From the NCBI GenBank assembly GCA_010093815.1, contig ML996570.1: a DNA stretch of 64,000 nucleotides. One strand, given 5' to 3'. Source of the DNA: Pseudovirgaria hyperparasitica (lineage: Eukaryota). How positions within the stretch are numbered: the first letter of the stretch is position 1; each line of letters starts with the position of its first letter. Positions 1-10,879 of this stretch are shown piece by piece. Position numbers and translations under genes: made by a program. Under the pieces are notes generated by a model. The model was not told the DNA's origin. It saw only the letters and a program-made list of their open reading frames with translations, and ran no database searches.

Positions 1-331
1 GCAGCGATCGTAGGGTGGTCGTACACGATGTGATTCGACCTGAGTATCAGAGCTAGTCTCACCGGGGCGCAGGTATAGTGTGAGTGATTTGGGAACGAGG
101 ACGTCGTAACCTGAATGGTGGACATCCGGTAGCAGTGGCGACATGTTCCAGAGAACGGGTAAGGGACGGGTCCTATTTCAGCCAGGCTCCATAAATACAG
201 CGCGTCTTGCCCTGCGTCTTGGCTGGAGATTTGGTCCGGCTGTACAATTCGTGCTTGAGTGGGAGAAGCATAAGCCGGATGTGACAGCGGAATCTTTGAA
301 AGTACTGAGTTCGACATAACGATTTGATGCT

Positions 332-382
332 CGAGAGAACTAGATTACATGACCACGAGAGAACTAGATTACATGACCACGA
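332..382. repeat. 24-bp perfect tandem duplication (CGAGAGAACTAGATTACATGACCA x2)
   Basis: Two identical 24-mers at 332-355 and 356-379 plus a CGA partial copy. Confidence 0.95.
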
Positions 383-856
383 TGTCGGACACGGAATTCC
401 TGATTGACCTGTATATCCATTGTGAGTGGCAAATATCATATGGCACCGTGGATCATGCAGTAACTTACGCAAATAGTAATCGTGTGCGAGGAATTCAGCA
501 CGCAGCAGCATTGAAATACTGGACCTGGAAAAGGTACGAGGCGCACATTTCAACAAGAATGAGGTATGACCGGTGGTGTTAGTTACGGTATTCTTTAGTC
601 GTGACGTTCATATACGGCTTCTGGTCGCAAATGAGCAGCTACGAGACATGCGAGAGGCCCCTGAATGAAGTCTAGACTTTAGATGGCAGGCCTTGAAAGT
701 CAGTCGAGGTAAGGTGTAAGGTAAGTTGTAGCAACATCGTAGCAAGCAGGTTTATAGACAGTGCTCATAGCGACGTCGAGATATTGTCATAGGCATAGCA
801 TGGTGGATCCACATGGGGATTCGAGCGTATGAATAGCTGTCGGAGATGACTCCAGG

Positions 857-886
857 GGAACACAAGCATGGAACACAAGCATGGAA
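857..886. repeat. 13-bp tandem duplication (GGAACACAAGCAT x2)
   Basis: Identical units at 857-869 and 870-882 plus GGAA. Confidence 0.9.
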
Positions 887-1730
887 GTAAGACAGCTATG
901 ACCTGCAATGAGGGGCATATGAGGGCACTTTGCATGAATTTTGCGGAATGGATCGCTTGGACACATGTAGAGACCCCAGCTATTCCTCGAGTTCTGTCTT
1001 GCAGGAGCGGAGACATGAAGGCTTGTTGACAGCCGTTGCAAGTCTTGCGCAAAAGTCGTAGTGGAGCAACATACCTGTCAAAGTTCACGAGCTTTCGCGT
1101 CGCAACACGACGGAAGGGGAACCCTCGCACGTCAATACTATATCACATACTCGATGCATGATTTCGAAAGTGCTGACTACGCATCATGATAGGAAGGAAT
1201 ACTTCCAACGATATAATTGAATGCACGGGAAGGTTGTTTGTATAGTTTGAGTTGGTAGACAAAATAGACAGAAGACTCGAAGATTGTAGAAATATGAGAT
1301 GTAGCATGAGTATAGTTGGCACTTCGAGTGGAGTGGGATGCACATGTATTTTGATACTCAATGGTGGAGATAGTGTGTAGTAGGATGAAAGAACAGGTAG
1401 ACTTACCACAGTAGCTGAGGCGACGGCCTGAATACATGAATGTGGTGTGGCTTTCGAAAGAGTCTAAGACAAGAAGATGGCATTATGTTGTGGGTGTCGA
1501 GACGTACATAGTGCTAACTGGAAGTGTGTATGCCCCCAGGGTTGGACGTATTAGACGGAGTGAGCGTGTAATAATGTTTTGTTTGCTGGAAGACGAAAAA
1601 GATCAGAGGAGTAGCGTTAGCGTGCACGTGCATTTCGCTTCACGTGCAAAAGCAACATACAGTGACGCTGCGGTAAGGTGCACGGATGGAGCTCACCAGA
1701 CACTAGACTGGAAGAGGAAAAGACTGTGTC

Positions 1731-1749
1731 TGACGTCACTTTGGCGTCA
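1731..1749. promoter_or_regulatory. CRE (ATF/CREB bZIP) site plus a variant upstream of catalase
   Basis: TGACGTCA at 1731-1738 and TGGCGTCA at 1742-1749, ~630 bp upstream of the catalase ATG. Function is inferred. Confidence 0.45.
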
Positions 1750-2373
1750 GCACTCTGGTACATGAAAGTGATGACTAACTACTCTAGTATGCATGTTTAG
1801 AGATAGTAACGAAGCGTACAGAATGCTTTGTCAAGTGTAGCCTACGTCATATAATGGGAGAAAGGACAGCATTGTGCCTTCATTGCCCAGTAGCCCGACA
1901 GAGCACAAAGTTGTTTCGTATATTGACATTGTTTGTTAACGACGTGGAGCAGAGCAGAAAACAGACACAAAGGAGCAGAAATCGAAAAGGCATCATCACG
2001 GTGCGAGAATGGATGGCATTTCGGCAGAATGCCCCGCCCGTACCATCGACTTTGCTCGGATGTTGCATGCTGCATATCCTGGCCGGGGGTCTATTACTGT
2101 TACTGTGTACTGTGTGAGTATAAACGACTAATTGCATCCCTTTGATTGGTTATCAAGTGCCTGCAGCGTCAACGCCCTTCTCACTTGTGTGGTTTTCATC
2201 TTCGATCTCTCCGTCATGACATGATTTATTCCTTCTCCCTGTCGCCACTACTGCTTTAGCTGCCTCTCCAGTATATGTACTGTCCTTTCTCCCGTCTCTC
2301 CTCATTCTACACCCCTCCACCATTCTTCAAGCTTCTCTCAATCACACATATTCCCCCCTCACATCCCGTCATT

Positions 2374-4098
2374 ATGGCCTATACTGCCGAAGGAAAGAAA
2401 AACGGCGACCTGTTCCGTGATTACGCCGATGACCGAAACGCCTCTTCGCAAGATACTGTGTATACTACCAGCAATGGTGTCCCTACCGCCCACCCCTATG
2501 AATCACAGCGAGCTGGAGAGAGTGGTCCTCTACTGCTACAAGACTACCATCTGATCGATCTCCTGTCGCACTTTGACCGTGAACGTATACCTGAGCGTGT
2601 CGTCCACGCAAAGGGCAGCGGTGCTCATGGTTTCTACAAGACCACGGACCCCCTCGACGATCTCTGCATTGCCGACATTTTCAAAGCCGGCAAGTCATGC
2701 CCGGTCACTGTCCGTTTCTCCACCGTCGGTGGTGAAAGTGGCTCACACGATTGCGCTCGCGACCCACGAGGTTTTTCTGTCAAGTTCCGCACCGAGGAAG
2801 GAAATTGGGACATGGTGGCCAACAACACCCCTGTCTTCTTCTTGCGAGACGCCGCCAAGTTCCCTCACTTTATCCATACTCAGAAGAGGGATCCATCTAC
2901 TCATCTTACCCATGCCGACGATTCCACTCATTTCTGGGAGTATGCGTCTCAGAACCCCGAATCTGTTCATCAGTTTATGATCTTGATGGGCGACCGTGGT
3001 ATTCCTGACGGATACCGCTTCATGCATGGCTATAGCGGACATACATTCAAGCTTGTCAACAAGAACGGCGACTGGGTCTACACTCAGATTCATTTCAAAT
3101 CAAAACAAGGCACCAAATTCATCACTCAAGAAGATTCTCACAGCAAGTCACCCGACTACTCCCAACAAGACCTGTATGAGGCTATTGAGAAAGGCGACTT
3201 TCCCGGATGGGATGTCTGCGTACAGACCGTCACCCCCAAGGAGGCTGAAGATATGTGGGAGAAGCAGAAGATCAACGTCTTCGACCTGACCCATGTCTGG
3301 CCACATAAGCAATTCCCCCTGCGTAAGGTCGGCGAGTTTTTCCTCAACGAGAACGCTCAAAACTACTTCGCCGAAATCGAGCAAGTTGCTTTCAGCCCAT
3401 CCCATCTCGTTCCCGGCATTGAGCCATCTGCCGACCCCGTCCTGCAGAGTCGTCTCTTCTCCTACCCCGACACCCACCGCCACCGCCTCGGTGCTAACTA
3501 CCAGCAACTCCCTGTGAACGCCCCTCGCGTGCCTTACCGATTCGCAAACTTCCAGCGTGACGGCCCCATGGCCTTTTACAATCAAGGTGCACGACCAAAC
3601 TACCTCTCCTCCATCGACCCCATCCAATTCCGTGAGCGCCAAGTCGACCTCGACAAGACTCACGGCCATTTCCAAGGCCGTGCCGTAACGTTTTTGTCCG
3701 AGATCCGCCCCGAGGACTTCAACGCTCCACGCGCTCTTTGGGAGAAGGTCTTCGACGAGCCCGCACGCGAGCGCTTCATCAGCAACATCTCAGGCCACAT
3801 GGCAAACTGCAAGAAGACCGAGGCTATCCAGCGCCAGATTGGCATCTTCCGTGAGGTGTCTGAGGATCTAGCGTCACGCCTCGAGAAGGCCACTGGCGTC
3901 AAGGGCTACCCTGGCATCGCCGGCCTGAGGTTTAATGGTACTCACAATGGCATGGCCAAGGACAAGTCGCTCAAGGCTGCAAATGGTGTGAAAGGCCTAA
4001 CGACGCAGAGCCAGCCTGATAATAATGGTGCGCCGTTGAAGGGCCAGCATGCGCCATTGGCTGCGTCGGGTGCAAATGGGGTCAATGGACATGCTTGA
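2374..4098 (+). CDS. cat: Monofunctional heme catalase (small-subunit type), intronless
   Basis: FDRERIPERVVHAKG active-site signature, VRFSTV, RDPRGF, and RLFSYPDTHRHRLG proximal Tyr ligand. The likely start is Met34 of the listed ORF (2374); the upstream part is CT-rich UTR-like sequence. Confidence 0.97.
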   Translation: MAYTAEGKKNGDLFRDYADDRNASSQDTVYTTSNGVPTAHPYESQRAGESGPLLLQDYHLIDLLSHFDRERIPERVVHAKGSGAHGFYKTTDPLDDLCIADIFKAGKSCPVTVRFSTVGGESGSHDCARDPRGFSVKFRTEEGNWDMVANNTPVFFLRDAAKFPHFIHTQKRDPSTHLTHADDSTHFWEYASQNPESVHQFMILMGDRGIPDGYRFMHGYSGHTFKLVNKNGDWVYTQIHFKSKQGTKFITQEDSHSKSPDYSQQDLYEAIEKGDFPGWDVCVQTVTPKEAEDMWEKQKINVFDLTHVWPHKQFPLRKVGEFFLNENAQNYFAEIEQVAFSPSHLVPGIEPSADPVLQSRLFSYPDTHRHRLGANYQQLPVNAPRVPYRFANFQRDGPMAFYNQGARPNYLSSIDPIQFRERQVDLDKTHGHFQGRAVTFLSEIRPEDFNAPRALWEKVFDEPARERFISNISGHMANCKKTEAIQRQIGIFREVSEDLASRLEKATGVKGYPGIAGLRFNGTHNGMAKDKSLKAANGVKGLTTQSQPDNNGAPLKGQHAPLAASGANGVNGHA

Positions 4099-4522
4099 CG
4101 TCGTTACTAGCGTTCTTTGGGTGTTGTTTTTACGACATGAATCATAATGTATCAATAAAAACTCTTTGGCAAAATATCTACTATCAAACTTATATCATGC
4201 TACTGTTGTACCGAACTGTGAAAATGTCTTCATTGGTGTGTCAGATGTTTGCACTCGCAATGTTATGAATTACACTCCTCTATTGATATCTCAGCAAGTA
4301 CAGCAAGCATTTCTTAGGTATCCGCTGTTCGACTTTCAAACCCTTCCTCTCACAAAATATACAGTCATGTCTACCCCTACGGGCCCCATATTTAACTCTC
4401 AGGCCTTTTCTTTGTATGCAACGCTGCTCGCCTCCTTAGTCCCACTCCTTCCCATCCCAGATTCCACCAAACTCCTGATTCCCGCGCCAAGAACCCAGAT
4501 CCATCCATGCAACCCCTGGGCC

Positions 4523-6831
4523 CTATCCAACCATCACCGTCCGCACATTCCATCCACAAAGCTCCAGTCGGGCGCGAATACTTTCATGACCATCGGTTGC
4601 ACTTCCACCACCCTCCCACGGAACATCCACCCTCGTCGTCCCCACGCGCCTATACACCCTATCCCCCTCACCACCATTCTCACTCGCACCATCAAGCAAC
4701 AACCCCATAACCGCAATCCTGCCGCGCCGTGAATCTCCAAACGCTGCTATTGCAAGCGCTACAAGGCTGTCTGGGTTTTCTTTCCACTTTAACGTCTGCG
4801 CGTCACAGGTGTCGAAATAACATAGTAGATCGGGGGTAGTGTTACTTGAAGTATTATTACTATCGTCCCGCACTACAGCTACTGTTGATGATGGTGCTGG
4901 TGACGGTGATGATGCGTGCAGGCGTATGCCGTTGTCACTATAGCCGGCGGGTAGAGCGGACGAGACAACGTCGTAGCGGGCGCAGGGGATACATGGCGCG
5001 GATATGCGCAGGGCAGCCAGATGCGTATGAGACGCGACATGGCGAGGCGACGTGAACGGCCAATATGCATCGCTACTACCACCACCCTTATCCCCCTCTC
5101 CATCGATGCCGACGCTACGATGAAACTCGGCAAGGCAGCCGTCGTGAGCAGGACGCATATGGCGAGGAAAAAGCACTGGCCCGTCAACAGATGCCCAGCT
5201 CCATGAGGGTGCACGGTTCGGGACGAGAGTCAGGGGGATGCTGAATTTGGGGCGCCAGAGGAGGTCTTTGTGCAGGTTGTCTTCCCATAGACCTGCGTAG
5301 TAGCCGTTTCGTGGGGAGCGTAGACGGCGCTGGAAGGCTTGGGCGGCGCCGACGAGGGCGGGGAGTTTGTCGGAGGGGAAGGTGAGGGAGCGTCTTGTGT
5401 AGTCACGGACGATTACGGCCCATTCGGCGTAGACAAGGAGATCAGGATGTTTTCTGGAGTGGTTGTTGGTTGAGCGCGAGGAGGCGAGCCGCATGAATGA
5501 TTTGCCGGCGGTGAGGTTGAGGGTGGTAAAGTTGCGAAAGGGGTTGCTGAGAGACTCGGAACGGCGGTGGGTGCGGCATTCCCAGAAGACTTGCTGGCGG
5601 CCGTAGTGCAGGGTGCGTTGGGCGAGGAGGTCTTCTTGGAGGATCCAGCCGCGGGTGTATATCGAGCTTTCTCTCTCTCCAAGGACGTACTTCCATGCCT
5701 TGAGGCCTTTGCGTATACGGATCCAGGTTTTTGTATTACCGTCGGGACTGTTCCATGGGAACGATAGAATGTCTTCCGTAACGCGAAGTCCCAGTAGTCC
5801 TGCATCACAGTTACTGGCGTTGTCTGCGGCCAATGTGAGATGCGCCTGCTCAAAGATGCTGCCCATCTTTGGGTATTCGGCAAGCCAGTCTTCGGGGTCG
5901 TCCTGTACGATACACTAGGTGAGCGAGATGAGTACTAATGGTAGTATGAAATGACTATACTACACTCACCAGACTGTCTATCCAAAGGTGTCGTAGTCCT
6001 AAACGTCGGGTAGTCGACACGGCGTCTTGGAACGTACGTGGGACGTCATCAAACAGGATTTCCTTTTGATGAGTATCGAGATTGAAAGACATAGTTTTGA
6101 TAGGAATACTATTTCCCCAGCGATGGCTCAGGGCTATCCAAGCGATTTCCTGTGATTCATCCCGGATATTTAGTACGAGTCGAGGATTTTCACTTCCATC
6201 CGCAGGACCGACATCAATAGTCCGTGAAGGAAGACATCGCTCGGCAAGTCGAGTTCGGCAGAGCTCATGTTTCTCGCTACATTCGGATACCCACGATTTG
6301 ATGAGATCTACATGCGCAATGGATGTCGGATCTTCGACTACTACTCTTCCAAAGATTGACCCAGATAACGACTTGTAAGCAACCGCTACAGACCTGTCAG
6401 CAGATAATCCAGCCAATGAAAGCTAGGTGTCTTTCACATCTATCTACAACGACCTCAAAAAACTCGTCCCATCCATGTTTGAATAGATCAAAGCTTTTCT
6501 TCCCGTAACGGCTCCTCACATCAACGCGCGCGAACAACGTCGAGCTACCGCTGTGATGGTTGGTCTGTGCCCCAGTCGTAAGGATCCCAATGTGCAATCT
6601 GAATAGAGAAGACTCTGGCAATATTTTTTCCCGATGCTTGTTGTTCTGCTCCTCATCGATCACATTGGCGATGTGTTGTAGTAGAAGCTGGCATAACTCA
6701 CAGCCAGAACTCACAGATTTTTGTAGTTGCGAGAAAGAGTCATGCAACAGACATCCATGCTGCTTCCCTGTGTCATAGATTTCCAGGCGCTCAGGGCGTG
6801 CCCATATCGTCCTGCAAGGCTCGCAGGTCAT
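4523..6831 (-). CDS. HET-domain (heterokaryon incompatibility-type) protein, ~733 aa, 3 exons
   Basis: Exons 6831-6438, 6385-5970, 5914-4523; introns 6437-6386 (weak GTGAAA donor) and 5969-5915 (GTGAGT..TAG). Motifs WIALSHRWG, PRTFQDAV, LWIDSLCIVQDD, MGSIF, TRGWILQE, DKLPAL, RAPSWSWAS. Confidence 0.92.
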
Positions 6832-7128
6832 CTAGTGATTCAACTGGTCCGGCCCTATTGTTGTAAACCTAGGATTGAACAGGGACAATTTAGTGGTTCA
6901 AGTGAACAGTGGAGAGCTTCCATCCGATATCTCATGTACTGAGAAATCCAGCATCCTGTCCAAAGTTGTGACAGTGACCAGCAGATGTAAGAGTCGAACT
7001 TTCCTCATTCAGTAAGTTGCATGGAGTCTGGCGTTCTTCCCGTGGAGTCCAGTGCAGAAAGCTGGAGGCGTTGCAGGTGATTACGTCATTTCTCCCCTCC
7101 CCACTACCTTAGGTACCCAGCACCTGAC

Positions 7129-7155
7129 CGCGCGACCGTTTTTCGCGTCTCGCGT
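7129..7155. promoter_or_regulatory. MCB/SCB-like CGCG cluster (G1/S MBF/SBF-type) upstream of RFA3
   Basis: CGCGCG at 7129-7134, TTTCGCG at 7141-7147 and TCGCGT at 7150-7155, ~80-100 bp before the RFA3 ATG. Confidence 0.55.
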
Positions 7156-7235
7156 TCGACCGATAAAACTAACCTTCGAGCTCGGCCATTCCTCAGGAAA
7201 CACTTGCAATTTCGAACAAGCCCAAGTCATTCAAT

Positions 7236-7672
7236 ATGAGCGAAGCAACTCCTCGCATAACCGCACCCTACCTCGAGAGCTTCTCAGGCAAAGTAGTTCG
7301 CATAACCGGCAAAGTAATCCAACTACGAGGCGAGAACGCGACAATCGATGCTGGCGGCCACATCTCGATCAGTGTACCCAAAGTGAATCCCATCGCACTC
7401 TCAGCTACTAAATCCATGCTAATGATCAATTGATAGGATGCCCATCTTGCGAAAGACCACGCCGTCGAGCTCGTAGGGAAGGTGTCGCCGGACTTGACTG
7501 TGAGAGTTCTCACAGCGACAGATCTGGGTATGGGGATCGGTGAGTAATGAGAATGCCATGAATATTGGGGTGCAATACTAATCGTACGCAAGATTTTGCA
7601 GCTGTCGATGCCGTTGTGGATGCGACACACCGGTATAAAGAGATCTTTTATGGCGAGGAGAGCGGCTATTGA
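7236..7672 (+). CDS. RFA3: Replication protein A small subunit (RPA3/Ssb3), 3 exons
   Basis: Exons 7236-7382, 7437-7539, 7593-7672 give MSEATPRITAPYLESFSGKVVRITGKV...HAVELVGKV...DFAAVDAVVDATHRYKEIFY, an OB-fold RPA14 pattern. Confidence 0.9.
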
Positions 7673-7900
7673 CAAAGGCGACCAATGCATACGAACTTGC
7701 ATAGGGAGTATATTCAAGATGGGGACCAAGCCTTGAGAGTTGCCTGATCATGATGCTTAACGATGCGTGAAGCCTAGCGGGACTTCGCATACGAGTCTAT
7801 GGGCGAGACTGAGTGATACGACGCCTCCTCCAACAACATGAAATGAACGCCAAAATTTCGTTTCTCTACACCCGGTGTGCGACGACCTTCCCAATGTGTT

Positions 7901-10517
7901 TCAAAGTCTACTCCGCACAGCTTCCAGCCTGAATTTGACATCTTTCAATGCCTTGCTTGTTGGCTTCCAGGCTTCAAACATGCTCAGCAACTCGTCCACT
8001 TCTTTTCCCAGTTCGCGTCTAACAAACTCTTCTTCTAGTAGTCCTCTCATCGCCCAAGGCAAAAAGTAAGGATTGGGGTTGATGCTACTCGTACTGCCTT
8101 GGAAGTCTTTGATAATAAGCGGTACGGTATGGGGTATATTAGTGGTTTCGAGGATGTGTGAAACCGCGAGAGAATACACAGAAGAATCCTCATGAATGCG
8201 GGAATGGCCTTCACCGGAATAGAGAGAACCTGCCAATGCTGGCGATAGCTCATGGATCAGACCATGGTCGGGAAGGCCCAAGTTCCTAAGCTTCAATACA
8301 AAGCCTACTAGGTGTGTCATACTTTCTACATTAGCCAAACTTCGTATTGTGTAGAGGATGTAGCACTTACAAGTCCGGAGCGTGCAATTTCCCGTTAACG
8401 AACACTGCGCGGTAGATATAGGGGTGCGAGATGTTAGCGAAGGTGGAGGATTCCAAAGAAACCAGCTGATCGTCCAGGCTACCGACGTACACCAACTTGA
8501 CGCCAAACTTAAGTACTTCTTGCATAGCGTTCATGTAATTGGCTGATTGAGTGCTCTTTGGGTTGGAGAATTCGAACAATTCTGCAGCGGTGCTGCCCAG
8601 ATACCTCGTCCTGTATTCGACAAAGGGACCAAGATTGATTCCCGCCATAGCGCATACACCTATCCTTGCCATTGGGCTTATACATCCGAATGATATCAGC
8701 TTCGCGATCAGCATGATCGCAACAGGCACGCCTTGAGAATGGCACGCTACCATGATGAGGTCGGCATTTCGGACGTGTTCAATCCAATTAAGCAGCAGCT
8801 TCCACAACGTATCTACTCGATCAGCTATGAACCCTTCACCTTCAAGGGCAACCTTCTCAATCTCGCAAGAATAGCCACCATGATGGTGCGTCCACTCTGA
8901 AATTGCATTGGCTGCACAGTTCGCGAACCGGATGGAGGTTCCTGTTGGTTGTCCAATCATGGATCGTATGAGTGACGTAGGAAAGTAGCCATGAATACCT
9001 ACAGCTAAAGCCTTCTTGACTCTAGGTGGTGATGGAAGCAGTTTTATATGGGGAGTCTCTTCCTGGTCACCCAACAAGTAACGACGTATTTGCTGCCAGA
9101 CTGAGGGCGACTGGGCAAATTGATATGTACTTCGGAAATCAGGCAGAACGAAATTTGTGCACTGCTCGACTTTGAGTGGCGGTTGAACTGCTGTATCGCT
9201 GTCTTCAATTGGTTTTGGCTTCATTCCCCGGTTCGTAATAGAGGGAGTGCTGCTGGTGGCGGATTTCTTCACGCTATCCTTTCCATGTGGCCTAGCCTTA
9301 GCTGGTGTATGCTCTTGAGACCGGGGTTCCTCTCTTTCATTGAATTGAGCAGCTTCCGGATGGTTCTGTGATGGTGTGTCGGCAACAGCTATCTCACCAA
9401 CCTCCCTGTGAACAGAGTCTGTGTCATCCTTCGCCTTGGGATTCTCTCTTGACCAGAACGCCCACCCGGTAGATTTCGTCGACGGACCTTTAGGCGTATC
9501 AGCCTGGACTTGCTTCGTCAGGGATTCTGGCTCAAGTGGCGTTTGTATGCTTTGCTGTTCTACCACTGCAGCCTGGGCAGAGCCGGTGATCTTGGAACCA
9601 TCCTTGGTAACGTCTTTAGACCGAACTATTTCTGGTTGAACCTCGCCATCATGGTGTATGCTCTGCGATCTACTCCAAAGCCAGAACCACGAGGACCGAT
9701 TTTGTTGTTGTTGCTGCTGCTGTTGAGATTTTTCGCTTGCAACCACATCTGAAGATGCTTGCCCCTCTGTGGCGACAGTTGCATGCTCGCTATCGGTAGG
9801 CTCTTGGGTTTTCAAGTCCTTATCTTCTGCTTCTGACTCACCCACCGGCGTGTTCCCTGGTAACGGTATCCTTTGTGCTTCAATTGACTCAACTGGTCTA
9901 GCTTTTACGGTCTCGTAACCGTCAGGTCTTGACCACCAGCTTGTGAGCATAGACATCCCAGTGGAATATCTATTTGTGTTCTCTGCGACTATCGTATCTT
10001 CCTTCTCCTCTGTGACTGTAGGGTCTGGTGGAAGTGGAGGTTCCTCCATAGTATCTTTTGAAGGGGCACCCGAGTTGGTGGATGACACTGGTATTCCGTC
10101 GTCATCTCCATTTGATGTAACATGTACTTTGGTCATCGAAGCAGCAATAGGGTTTCCCTTACTCGGTCGCCTTTTAGACAACAGTGTTGCGGGAGAACCT
10201 GAGGCAGATCTATTTGATTCTTTCGGAAGCTCTTGATTTGGCCCTCCCAAGGCCCCCACATTCTCTCTTGCGACTTGGGCTACGACTGGGGACGCCTTGG
10301 ATCTCCAGCTGCCACCATACCAGCTTTTCTGAGTACTAACCGACTCTTTTGTTGAGGTTGTACTGCTTCTTGGGAGGATTGATTCTAGGCTGGTCGAGGA
10401 ACAAGACGCTGGAGACGGCTTTGATGACGCAGACTGTGCTGGTTGCGCGTCTCTCGTTAACTGGGGCTCGGACGCAGGAGCCTTATCGTTGAGCTTCGAC
10501 TTCTTGCTTGGTCCCAT
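7901..10517 (-). CDS. Conserved fungal YML020W-like protein: disordered N-terminus plus alpha/beta-hydrolase-like C-terminus, 2 exons
   Basis: ATG at 10517 (MGPSKK); intron 8370-8322 (GTAAGT..GCTAAT..AAG). Motifs ALAVGIHGYFP, GQPTGTS, nucleophile-elbow CHSQG, and C-terminal WKPTSKALKDVKFRLEAVRSRL. Confidence 0.82.
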
Positions 10518-10879
10518 GGGTAGGTACTCGCCCAGCCTCTTCAAGTTCGATAGGCGTTGCTAGGGAATATATGAGCTAAGATACAGAGGACTGATATGCG
10601 TAGGTACCTTGACGCTGGGCGGTGGGGAGGCAGGAGTAGATACAGCGGCGCTGCTCGATTTCGTCATGTGCAAGGCGCGTGAAACTGGAGACCTGCGAGC
10701 TGGGCGGCTAGGTACTAGCGGGGCCTCAGCACCTTTTTGCGGGTCATCCCACGCGGGGAGTTCCCATGCCCGAAGAATTTCCATCGTCTTGCTACAGGAT
10801 CTGCGTCGTGCCAATTTTTTTATTTATCGTTCAAGTATTTGTTATACAACAGCCCGTAGCTCTCGCGCCACTGGCCAGA

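Noticed and set aside
4096..4110. Possible catalase stop readthrough creating a peroxisomal signal
   Set aside because: The context is TGA CGT rather than TGA CTA, and the extension would end in RRY, which is not a PTS1.
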